DNA from: a virus
Taxonomy: Duplodnaviria > Caudoviricetes
Strand: one strand, 5' to 3'
DNA: 24,720 nucleotides
IMG/VR virus record: IMGVR_UViG_3300025124_000038
Coordinates: 1-24,720 of that record
Part shown: positions 16,546 through 23,811 of the stretch, in pieces
Numbering within the stretch: position 1 is the first letter of the stretch
Layout of the letters: the number at the start of each line of letters is the position of its first letter
Made by a program: the position numbers and the translations under genes
Notes under the pieces: model-generated
Database searches by the model: none
What the model was told of the DNA's origin: nothing
Seen by the model: only the letters and a program-made list of their open reading frames with translations

Positions 16546-17441
16546 CACCCATTTTTTACGACCCACGCCAAAGCATTGACTCCATCAAGAGCTACAGCAA
16601 AAGCGCCTCCAAGCCACGCAGGTTTGTAGAGCTCATGCAGCACTTTGCGTATCACAACTATGGCCCACAGTCCCTTGGCACTGTTGTTCCCGTCACCAAA
16701 AAAGACCTTTGCCTTGTCCATAGCAAAGATTACATTCATGATCTGTTTGCACTGCGAGTGCCAAACGGCTTTGGGGACTGCAACCCCGATCTCCCTGAAT
16801 CCTGCTTATGGACTGTTGGGTGCTTGCTCTCAGCAGCACGGCATGCCATGAAGTACCCGGCAATTCCCGTCTGTGCACCAGTATCTGGCTTTCATCACAG
16901 CGGGTACGATGAGGCTGCAGGTTTTTGTACAGTCAACGGCCTGATCATCGTCGCTGCCAAACTGATTCAAGAAAACCCAAATATCCGAATCGGCATCATT
17001 GATGCAGATGCGCACTATGGGGACGGCTCGGCCGCGCTCCTCAAACGCCACAAGCACATTGGCAAGCAGGTGCTGCACTTCACATCAGGCCAGCACTTCT
17101 ATGGTAACGAAAAACAAGAAGATGCCCTTGACTTTCAGGCCTGGCTGCACAGCGCCATCAAAGAGACAAATGCATTCAACCCAGACCTGGTTCTCTACCA
17201 GGCGGGCGCCGATGCATGGGAGCATGATGACCTGGGCAGCGGCTATCTATCCAAAGAGCAGTTGGCTCAGCGCGACCGTGATGTCTTTCGCGGCATCAAA
17301 GCGCCCGTAGCCTGGGTACTGGCAGGCGGTTATGCCAAGTCATCAGACGGCACCATCTTCACCGACCCCGTCCTTGATATCCATCACAACACCCTGCGCG
17401 AATCTGATGCCAGCGTGTCTTTTAGAAAAGAGCAATTATGA
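16542..17441 (+). CDS. Zn-dependent histone deacetylase-family protein (299 aa)
   Basis: Ordered HDAC motifs LVHS..Y, SGFHHS, GFC..N, IIDADAHYGDG, YQAGAD....D.LG and LAGGY; AAGGAG RBS. Confidence 0.9.
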   Translation: MTPIFYDPRQSIDSIKSYSKSASKPRRFVELMQHFAYHNYGPQSLGTVVPVTKKDLCLVHSKDYIHDLFALRVPNGFGDCNPDLPESCLWTVGCLLSAARHAMKYPAIPVCAPVSGFHHSGYDEAAGFCTVNGLIIVAAKLIQENPNIRIGIIDADAHYGDGSAALLKRHKHIGKQVLHFTSGQHFYGNEKQEDALDFQAWLHSAIKETNAFNPDLVLYQAGADAWEHDDLGSGYLSKEQLAQRDRDVFRGIKAPVAWVLAGGYAKSSDGTIFTDPVLDIHHNTLRESDASVSFRKEQL

Positions 17442-17785
17442 ACACCCGCGACAAATTCCACGCCTGGCTCGCCACCCAAGGTTACCGTGATGACATCAAA
17501 CCCTTGCCCTCGGGCAGCTACTACAGCGAGCGTGTCGACTCCCTATGGAGATGCTGGCAGGCCGCCCACAACCTCTTTGAACAAGAAGCCCCCTTAACTT
17601 TAAGCCAAATCCGGCACAACTTGGCCTGGACGCAAGAGCGCATGGCCATGGAACTGGGCATCAGCCTGCGCACATATTGCCGTAACGAAAAATCTGGGGG
17701 TTCAAAAACTTTGCAGAAAATGGCATCATTGATTTACGTCAGCTTTTCAAAAGACAAAGCGGCTCAGAATCAAGACCTGCCTTAG
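17438..17785 (+). CDS. Protein with C-terminal XRE-type HTH (115 aa)
   Basis: LSQIRHNLAWTQERMAMELGISLRTYCRNE; ATGA overlap with the HDAC gene. Confidence 0.75.
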   Translation: MNTRDKFHAWLATQGYRDDIKPLPSGSYYSERVDSLWRCWQAAHNLFEQEAPLTLSQIRHNLAWTQERMAMELGISLRTYCRNEKSGGSKTLQKMASLIYVSFSKDKAAQNQDLP

Positions 17786-17882
17786 CAAATACCATGTCGT
17801 TGGAACCACCTCGCAAAAACCACCCAAAAGCCAAGTCTTCAGCAATGGCTTGTGGCGCATTGCAGCAACTTTAAAAAGCCAT

Positions 17883-18053
17883 ATGACCCCAACCAAACTT
17901 AACCAGGTATTCCCCAGCTTCGAGGCAGTACATGTTGCCTCCAAAGAGGACGTCATTTTCATCCATCAGGGCGGTGCAACTATCACTATCCCATCCGCTT
18001 TGGTGGCGCAACTCATTGATGCGCTAGAGCTGGCGCACAGGGGCGACCTCTAG
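17883..18053 (+). CDS. Hypothetical protein (56 aa)
   Basis: MTPTKLNQVFPSFEAV...; stop overlaps the cI stop; weak RBS. Confidence 0.45.
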   Translation: MTPTKLNQVFPSFEAVHVASKEDVIFIHQGGATITIPSALVAQLIDALELAHRGDL

Positions 18054-18733
18054 CCAGCCCGCCAAAGCAAACGGCCCAGCACCCTGATCTCCTGTGTCTG
18101 CTCTGGCGAAAGCGCCTCCTCTGGGTAAGCCCGGTTGTCTGAGCGAATGAACAAGCCGCCGTCAAAGCGCTTGCTCAATCGTTTGATACGTGTCTCATCG
18201 CCATAGGCAATGGCATATACATCATTGTCTTTGATCTCAGACTGCCCTGTATCAATCAGCACCAAGTCTTTGTCCATCAGATAAGGCTCCATGGAGTCTC
18301 CGTGTACAGTCAGAACCCGCAGGTTTTTCTTGGCTGTTACACACTTCTGCTGCAACCAGTCGTGGCGAAAAGCCAGCGGCGGCAAGAGCAACTCTTGGCT
18401 CACCACACAGCCGTGGCCTGCTGACAAGCTCACCTCTATCCGGGGCACCAGCGCATACACCCCTGGCTGCAGATCATCCGGCACGCTCCAGGCCGATACC
18501 GCACTGGGCGCACCCTGATCACCGTCCAAGTAGTTGGTCGGCATACTCAGCGCCAGCTCTAATTTCCGGGCGGTCTTTTCACCAAAAAAGCGCTCCGGCT
18601 TAAACAGCAAACTCACATAGCTGCGGCTCAAGTCTGCCGCCGTTGCCACGTCCGTTTGCGTTTTTTTGTACTTGTGCATCCAGGCCGTCAGGTTTTCCCG
18701 ACGCCGCGCAGCCATTTCTTTTGACTTGTCCAT
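18050..18733 (-). CDS. CI-like repressor (XRE HTH + S24 autopeptidase; 227 aa)
   Basis: N-terminal HTH, Ala-Gly cleavage site LSAGHG, catalytic GDSMEP serine and RIKRL lysine; AAGGAG RBS. Confidence 0.9.
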   Translation of the reverse strand: MDKSKEMAARRRENLTAWMHKYKKTQTDVATAADLSRSYVSLLFKPERFFGEKTARKLELALSMPTNYLDGDQGAPSAVSAWSVPDDLQPGVYALVPRIEVSLSAGHGCVVSQELLLPPLAFRHDWLQQKCVTAKKNLRVLTVHGDSMEPYLMDKDLVLIDTGQSEIKDNDVYAIAYGDETRIKRLSKRFDGGLFIRSDNRAYPEEALSPEQTQEIRVLGRLLWRAG

Positions 18734-18790
18734 AAAGACTCCTTTTGTTTGCTTTACACTTGAGTAATTTCAAGCTTAAAGGCAAATTAC

Positions 18791-19042
18791 ATGCAAAACT
18801 TTTCGAACTGGCTCAAAAACAATCGCGGCATGGCCTCGCACCTGGCTCGTACCTTGGGGATCAGCCCCACCAACGTCACCAATGTGTGCACGGGACGCCT
18901 CCTCATGCCTACCGCATGGATGCCCACCATCGTCAAACTGTCAAAAAGGAAACTCTCCTATGCCACCCTGGTTACAGAGCGCGAAGGCCACCGCCGAGCA
19001 AAAGAACAAGCGCGGGCTAGATCAACATCTTCGCACAAATAG
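18791..19042 (+). CDS. Cro-like HTH protein (83 aa)
   Basis: Divergent from cI across 57 bp; SHLARTLGISPTNVTNV HTH. Confidence 0.75.
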   Translation: MQNFSNWLKNNRGMASHLARTLGISPTNVTNVCTGRLLMPTAWMPTIVKLSKRKLSYATLVTEREGHRRAKEQARARSTSSHK

Positions 19043-19048
19043 TACATG

Positions 19049-19072
19049 AATGTTTGTTCGGTAGCAAACATT
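19049..19072. promoter_or_regulatory. Inverted repeat AATGTTTG-N8-CAAACATT, candidate operator
   Basis: Perfect 8-bp arms between cro and the ParB-like gene; related sites at 10430-10449, 11419-11430 and 18746-18757. Confidence 0.5.
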
Positions 19073-19108
19073 TAGTACGGTTTCCTCAAATAAAACAAAG
19101 ATGACGCG

Positions 19109-19957
19109 ATGCCAATACAGAAAATTTACACTTTAAAGCAACACCCACTTTCGGCCGCTTGGCCTGCCATGAGCGAACAGGAGTACCAGTCGCTCAAAGA
19201 CAGCATCGAGGTCATCGGGGTGCAAAACCCGATCACCCTGTTTGAAGGCATGGTCATCGATGGCTGGCACCGCTACCGTGCAGCAACCGGACTGGGCATG
19301 GATTGCCCATCAAAGGCGCTCGGCGACACTGACCCGGTTGACTTTGTCAAATCACAGAATGATGCCCGTCGTAACGTCACCGCCTCGCAGCGCGCCCTGG
19401 CCATCACCGCTATTTATGCCTGGCATCCAGTCGGTGCTAACAAATATTCAGGGAGGGTACCGGGTACCCTCCCTCAAAAAACCAATGCCGAGCTAGCCGC
19501 CATCGCAGGCACCAGCATCAAGACCATCAAACAAGCCAAGGTCGTGCACGCTGCCACGCCAGAGGTGCAAGACGCTGTACGCAACGGCACCCTCTCAGTC
19601 AAAAAAGGTGCGGCCACAGTCAAGCCGCCTGTCACCAAGCCGCCTGTCACTACGCCATCGGTCGAGCCCATAGTCAAAGAGCAAGAACCGCCCGAATACA
19701 GCGCACTCGACGACGCACTTGACCAGATTCAAGAACTGCAGTCCCGCCTTGCCATTGGCTTTATGGACGGCACACCTGAAGACAAAGCCCAGTCCAGTGA
19801 CCTCATCGCTTCACTGCGTGCCCAGGTTCGCTCGCTAGAGATCAACCTCGAGGCCGTCACCCGTTCGCGTGACCAGCTGCAAAACGAATGCGCAGCGCTC
19901 AAAAAGCAATGTGTCTCCCAGCAAAACAAACTCAAAAGGTTAAAAGATGGCCATTGA
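19109..19957 (+). CDS. ParB/Srx N-terminal domain protein with HTH and C-terminal coiled coil (282 aa)
   Basis: HPLSAAWPAM, LKDSIEVIGVQNPI, VIDGWHRYRA (GxxR box), SQNDARRNVT.SQRA, followed by an HTH-like TNAELAAIAGTSIKTIKQAK. Confidence 0.8.
   Translation: MPIQKIYTLKQHPLSAAWPAMSEQEYQSLKDSIEVIGVQNPITLFEGMVIDGWHRYRAATGLGMDCPSKALGDTDPVDFVKSQNDARRNVTASQRALAITAIYAWHPVGANKYSGRVPGTLPQKTNAELAAIAGTSIKTIKQAKVVHAATPEVQDAVRNGTLSVKKGAATVKPPVTKPPVTTPSVEPIVKEQEPPEYSALDDALDQIQELQSRLAIGFMDGTPEDKAQSSDLIASLRAQVRSLEINLEAVTRSRDQLQNECAALKKQCVSQQNKLKRLKDGH
19450..19475. repeat. Palindromic repeat, copy 3 (perfect 12-1-12 inverted repeat) inside the ParB-like gene
   Basis: AGGGAGGGTACC-G-GGTACCCTCCCT at 19450-19474; encodes GRVPGTLP. 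Confidence 0.95.
19621..19650 (+). repeat. 15-bp tandem duplication (CAAGCCGCCTGTCAC x2) in the ParB-like linker
   Basis: Exact direct repeat encoding KPPVT-KPPVT. Confidence 0.85.
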
Positions 19958-21437
19958 AGAACGCCAATACCAGCAAGACGCTATCGAGAGCCTGCGCCAA
20001 GGCTTTCGCGTAGGTCACCGTCGGCAAGTGCTGTCGGCCAGTACCGGCGCTGGCAAGAGCGTGATCATGCTGCAGATGATCAAGGCTGCCCAGGACAAGG
20101 GCTCCAAGATCGTTTTCATCTGCGAGCGCCGGGTGCTTGTCGAACAGTTTTCCAAACACCTCGACGCTGCCCGTATCGACCACGGGGTGCTGATGGCCAA
20201 GCACTGGCGCTTCCGCCCCGACGCCCAAGTCCAGGTGGCTACCGCGCAAACGCTTGAGCGCATGGAAACCTGGCCTGCGTTTGACATCTGCTTTGTGGAT
20301 GAAATACACGCATGCCTACGCACATCTCTAAAGCGCCTATTCAACAACCGTCCTGACCTGCGCGTCATCGGCGCTACCGCAACGCCTTTTCATCCTGAGA
20401 TGGGGCATTACTTTTCTGCCGTCACCTCGGTTATCACCATGAAAGAGCTGGTGGACAAAGGCTACCTGGTTCCCTATCGTGTCTTCATTGCCCACGAGAT
20501 CGACACCGCGGGCGTCAAAGTTGTTGCGGGCGAATGGCAAAAAGATGAGCTCGAAAAGCGCGGCCAACAGATCGTCGGGGACGTGGTTGCTGACTACATC
20601 CGTATCTCCAACGAAGTCTGGGGCGAACAACGTAAAACCATTTGCTTCTCTTGTGGCATTGCCCACGGTGCGGAGCTGGTGCGTAAGTTTGTCGAAGCTG
20701 GCATCAACGCAGTGCAAATATCCTCCAACGACGAGGACGAGTACCGCGCCGAGGTGCTGGCTGACTTTGCCAAACCAGACACCGACATCAAAGTCATCGT
20801 CTCGGTCGCCATCCTATCACGGGGTTTTGATCAGCCCGACGTTCACCACGTCATCCTGGCGCGTCCGCTCAAAAAGAGCTTCTCAGAGCACGTTCAGCAG
20901 ATGGGCCGGGTGGCTAGACCCTACCCAGGGAAAGCATTCGCCATCGTGCAAGATCATTCTGGCAACTACCTGCGGTTTCAGGCCTCTTTTGACAAGCTCT
21001 ACAACGAAGGCGTCAAAACCCTTGACGGAGAAGAAGACAAAAAGAGCCGAGAAGAACCCACTCCAAAAGAAAAAGAGGCGTCCAAGTGCCCGGCATGTGG
21101 ACACCTTTGGGGTGGCGCAGACGTTTGTACACACTGCGGCCATGTACGTACCCGGCGCAACGACGTTGTCTCTATTGCTGGGGTCATGAAAGAGATCACA
21201 GTCAGCAATGCCAAACCGCAAGTAGACCAGATCGACTGGTACGCCCAAGCCATTGGCTACGCCGAAGAACACGGCAAAAAGCCAGGCTTTGCCTACTACA
21301 AGTTTAAAGAAAAATTCAAGACAGACCCACCGGCTATCAAGCCTGCGCCCAAGTACCCGACGCCTGCTGTAGCGAACTGGTTCCGCTCACGGGCCATTGC
21401 CTACGCCAAGGGCATGGCCAAGGGGCGCATGCAATGA
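19947..21437 (+). CDS. SF2 DEAD/DEAH-box helicase with C-terminal zinc ribbon (496 aa)
   Basis: RQYQ Q-motif, STGAGKS, DEIH, TAT, LSRGFD, QQMGRVAR, CPAC...CTHC. Confidence 0.92.
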   Translation: MAIEERQYQQDAIESLRQGFRVGHRRQVLSASTGAGKSVIMLQMIKAAQDKGSKIVFICERRVLVEQFSKHLDAARIDHGVLMAKHWRFRPDAQVQVATAQTLERMETWPAFDICFVDEIHACLRTSLKRLFNNRPDLRVIGATATPFHPEMGHYFSAVTSVITMKELVDKGYLVPYRVFIAHEIDTAGVKVVAGEWQKDELEKRGQQIVGDVVADYIRISNEVWGEQRKTICFSCGIAHGAELVRKFVEAGINAVQISSNDEDEYRAEVLADFAKPDTDIKVIVSVAILSRGFDQPDVHHVILARPLKKSFSEHVQQMGRVARPYPGKAFAIVQDHSGNYLRFQASFDKLYNEGVKTLDGEEDKKSREEPTPKEKEASKCPACGHLWGGADVCTHCGHVRTRRNDVVSIAGVMKEITVSNAKPQVDQIDWYAQAIGYAEEHGKKPGFAYYKFKEKFKTDPPAIKPAPKYPTPAVANWFRSRAIAYAKGMAKGRMQ

Positions 21438-21503
21438 GTGCTCATCACAACAAAAACGACCCGTTTCGTCCTAGTTGCTGCCAATTTAATACCGAGAGGA
21501 TTT

Positions 21504-22562
21504 ATGCCCATCAAAGCCGATAAACACCTACGGGCGTACTACAACGAAATAGACCCAAATGCTGCGCAATGGTTGCGCAATTTGATGGATGAAGGATGGA
21601 TTACCAAGGGGGATATAGATGAACGAAGTATTGAAGACGTTCGGCCAAATGAGCTTGCTGGATATGACAGAACACACTTCTTTTCAGGAATCGGAGTTTG
21701 GGACTACGCACTTAACCAGGCAGGGTGGGGAAGCCGAAAAGTATGGACGGGAAGTTGCCCCTGCCAACCTTTCAGCGCGGCAGGCAAAGGAGCGGGGTTT
21801 GCTGATGAGCGGCATCTGTGGCCAGCCTTCAACCACCTCATCCAAGAGTGCCGCCCTGACATTGTCCTTGGCGAACAAGTTGCAAGCAAAGACGGCCTCT
21901 CTTGGCTCGACCTTGTACTCACTGACCTGGAAGCACAGGGCTACGCCGCAGGGGCGGTTGATACCTGCGCTGCGGGCTTCGGTGCGCCGCACATCCGTCA
22001 ACGACTTTACTGGGTGGGCAAAGCCAGCGGCACGGGATTGGCGCAGCGCATCAGGGACACCGGAATTGTTGGCGAGTCGGCTGAAGAACCCCAGAGAGAA
22101 GCCGTTGAGCGAACAAGCGTACACATTAGCGGGTTGGATGACACCAACAACGACAGATATACAAAGGACAAACCCAGAAGCTCACGAGAAGCGAAGGAAG
22201 TACAGGGAGTCCATTGGACGACAGAGTTTAGCGCCGGGGAATTTAGGGGAGCAGGTGGCGATTTATTCGGGTTGGCCGACACCAACAACGACAGATGCCA
22301 GCCGAGGTGTGAAAGAAGCAAGGCCGTGGGACACGGGAAAACCGCTAGGACAGATTGTTGCACTGATAGTACCAGCCCGACTAACGGTTTCTGGCGAGAT
22401 GCTGACTGGCTTGGATGCCGGGATGGTAAGTGGCGGCCAGTTGAACCCGGCACATTCCCGCTGGTTAATGGGACTGCCAGCAGATTGGTGCGCCTGCGCG
22501 CCTACGGAAACGCCATCAACGCTCCGGCGGCGCAAGCGTTTATTGAGTGTGTGATGCAATGA
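21504..22562 (+). CDS. C5 DNA cytosine methyltransferase, catalytic polypeptide (352 aa from ATG 21504)
   Basis: GAGAGGA RBS; [21 protein letters not shown] (catalytic PC), [14 protein letters not shown] and RLRAYGNAI motifs. Confidence 0.9.
   Translation: MPIKADKHLRAYYNEIDPNAAQWLRNLMDEGWITKGDIDERSIEDVRPNELAGYDRTHFFSGIGVWDYALNQAGWGSRKVWTGSCPCQPFSAAGKGAGFADERHLWPAFNHLIQECRPDIVLGEQVASKDGLSWLDLVLTDLEAQGYAAGAVDTCAAGFGAPHIRQRLYWVGKASGTGLAQRIRDTGIVGESAEEPQREAVERTSVHISGLDDTNNDRYTKDKPRSSREAKEVQGVHWTTEFSAGEFRGAGGDLFGLADTNNDRCQPRCERSKAVGHGKTARTDCCTDSTSPTNGFWRDADWLGCRDGKWRPVEPGTFPLVNGTASRLVRLRAYGNAINAPAAQAFIECVMQ
21619..22554 (+). CDS. Nested alternative-frame polypeptide of the methyltransferase (beta-like; true start uncertain)
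   Basis: 311 open codons fully inside the MTase gene in another frame; three GW.[KT]P...D repeats and [15 protein letters not shown] (motif IX-like). Confidence 0.65.
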   Translation: MNEVLKTFGQMSLLDMTEHTSFQESEFGTTHLTRQGGEAEKYGREVAPANLSARQAKERGLLMSGICGQPSTTSSKSAALTLSLANKLQAKTASLGSTLYSLTWKHRATPQGRLIPALRASVRRTSVNDFTGWAKPAARDWRSASGTPELLASRLKNPREKPLSEQAYTLAGWMTPTTTDIQRTNPEAHEKRRKYRESIGRQSLAPGNLGEQVAIYSGWPTPTTTDASRGVKEARPWDTGKPLGQIVALIVPARLTVSGEMLTGLDAGMVSGGQLNPAHSRWLMGLPADWCACAPTETPSTLRRRKRLLSV

Positions 22563-23485
22563 AAGACATCGAATCTGCTCTTGCTTTCATTCCAGCTGAC
22601 GAGCGCAGTACCTGGGTTTCTATGGCGATGGCCGTCAAAAGCGAACTCGGTGACAGTGGTTATCCGATCTGGGATCAATGGTCGCAAACCGCGCACAACT
22701 ACAACGCCAGATCAGCCAAGGCCGTCTGGAAGTCATGCAAAGGAACTGGGCTGACCATCGCTACCCTGTTCCACGAGGCGCAGACCTGCGGCTGGAAGCG
22801 CACTGAGCCCTACACACCACCGAGCCAGGCGCAGATTGAAGCGCGCCGCCGAGACGTCGAGGCCAGGCAATCAATAGAAGGTCGTGAGCGCGCTAAAAGA
22901 GGTCAGCAAGCGGCGCAAAAGGCCGACTGGATACTGGGGCAGTGCCAGATGGAAACACATGCTTACCTGCAGTCCAAAGGCTGGCCTGAACTCAAAGGAC
23001 TGGTTTGGCGTCCTGATGAAGAAACCAACCTGCTGTGCATTCCAATGCTCATCAACGGCCAGTTGTCGAGCCTGCAAATGATCGACCGAAATGGAGCCAA
23101 GAAGTTTCTCACCGACGGCATCACTGCCAAGGCCGAGTTTCTGCTGGATGCCCATGGCACAGATTGGTGGGTTGAGGGGTGGGCTACTGGCTGGAGTCTC
23201 AAGCTCTGCCTGCAAGCGCTCAAGCTACCCTATCGCATTCATATTTGTTTCTCTGCGAACAACCTCAAGCGTCTGGCGCACAGCGGATTCGTCGCGGCCG
23301 ACAACGACACCAGCAAGACCGGCGAAAAGGCAGCCATCGACACCGGCTTGCCCTATTGGATAAGCGAAGTCGAAGGGGAGGACATCAACGATCTATACCG
23401 TCGAGTAGGACTTTTCAAGGCAAGCCAAATTCTTAGGAAATGGCTTCAGTCGCAAAGAGTAAACCAAGCCAACGGGAGCACCTAG
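22559..23485 (+). CDS. Primase-like protein, PriCT-2 + TOPRIM (308 aa from ATG 22559)
   Basis: IESALAFIPADERSTWVSMAMAVK...WDQWSQ (PriCT-2); SLQMI, VEGWATG, AADND and DIND (TOPRIM); ATGA overlap with the MTase stop. Confidence 0.85.
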   Translation: MKDIESALAFIPADERSTWVSMAMAVKSELGDSGYPIWDQWSQTAHNYNARSAKAVWKSCKGTGLTIATLFHEAQTCGWKRTEPYTPPSQAQIEARRRDVEARQSIEGRERAKRGQQAAQKADWILGQCQMETHAYLQSKGWPELKGLVWRPDEETNLLCIPMLINGQLSSLQMIDRNGAKKFLTDGITAKAEFLLDAHGTDWWVEGWATGWSLKLCLQALKLPYRIHICFSANNLKRLAHSGFVAADNDTSKTGEKAAIDTGLPYWISEVEGEDINDLYRRVGLFKASQILRKWLQSQRVNQANGST

Positions 23486-23808
23486 TGCATAAGCAAGTGG
23501 ATGTCAATGACCACGGCGAACCGCTCGATCGCTGGTGTTGGCCACACAGCGAGGCCATGAATGGCGCCGAGATCAAGCTGTTTCTTGGCCGTGTCAATGC
23601 ACTGCAGCGATACACCGACAACGCTGAGAGCGTGGCAGACCAACTCATGCGCCGCGACCGCGACCCGTTCGATGACCGCAAGATTTGCCTGGCCTGCAAA
23701 AACCTCAATGGCGACTACTGCAAGCAGCGTTACGCCAGCAAAGCCAAGAATTTTCAACCCGTCAAAACCGTCTTGTGGCGGTGCGACTATTTCAAACAAA
23801 AAGGATGA
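23440..23808 (+). CDS. Hypothetical protein with Cys cluster (up to 122 aa)
   Basis: RRDRDPFDDRKICLACKNL...C...C; fills the gap between primase and ligase; start uncertain. Confidence 0.65.
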   Translation: MASVAKSKPSQREHLVHKQVDVNDHGEPLDRWCWPHSEAMNGAEIKLFLGRVNALQRYTDNAESVADQLMRRDRDPFDDRKICLACKNLNGDYCKQRYASKAKNFQPVKTVLWRCDYFKQKG

Positions 23809-23811
23809 TTC

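Noticed and set aside
6790-19475. Palindromes as IS ends or hairpin telomere (telRL) sites
   Set aside because: No transposase or protelomerase in the window, no target duplications, two copies lie within intact ORFs, and the palindrome has an odd centre and three copies.
21438-21503. Track start of the methyltransferase at GTG 21438
   Set aside because: ATG 21504 has a clear GAGAGGA RBS and lies just before the first conserved motif.
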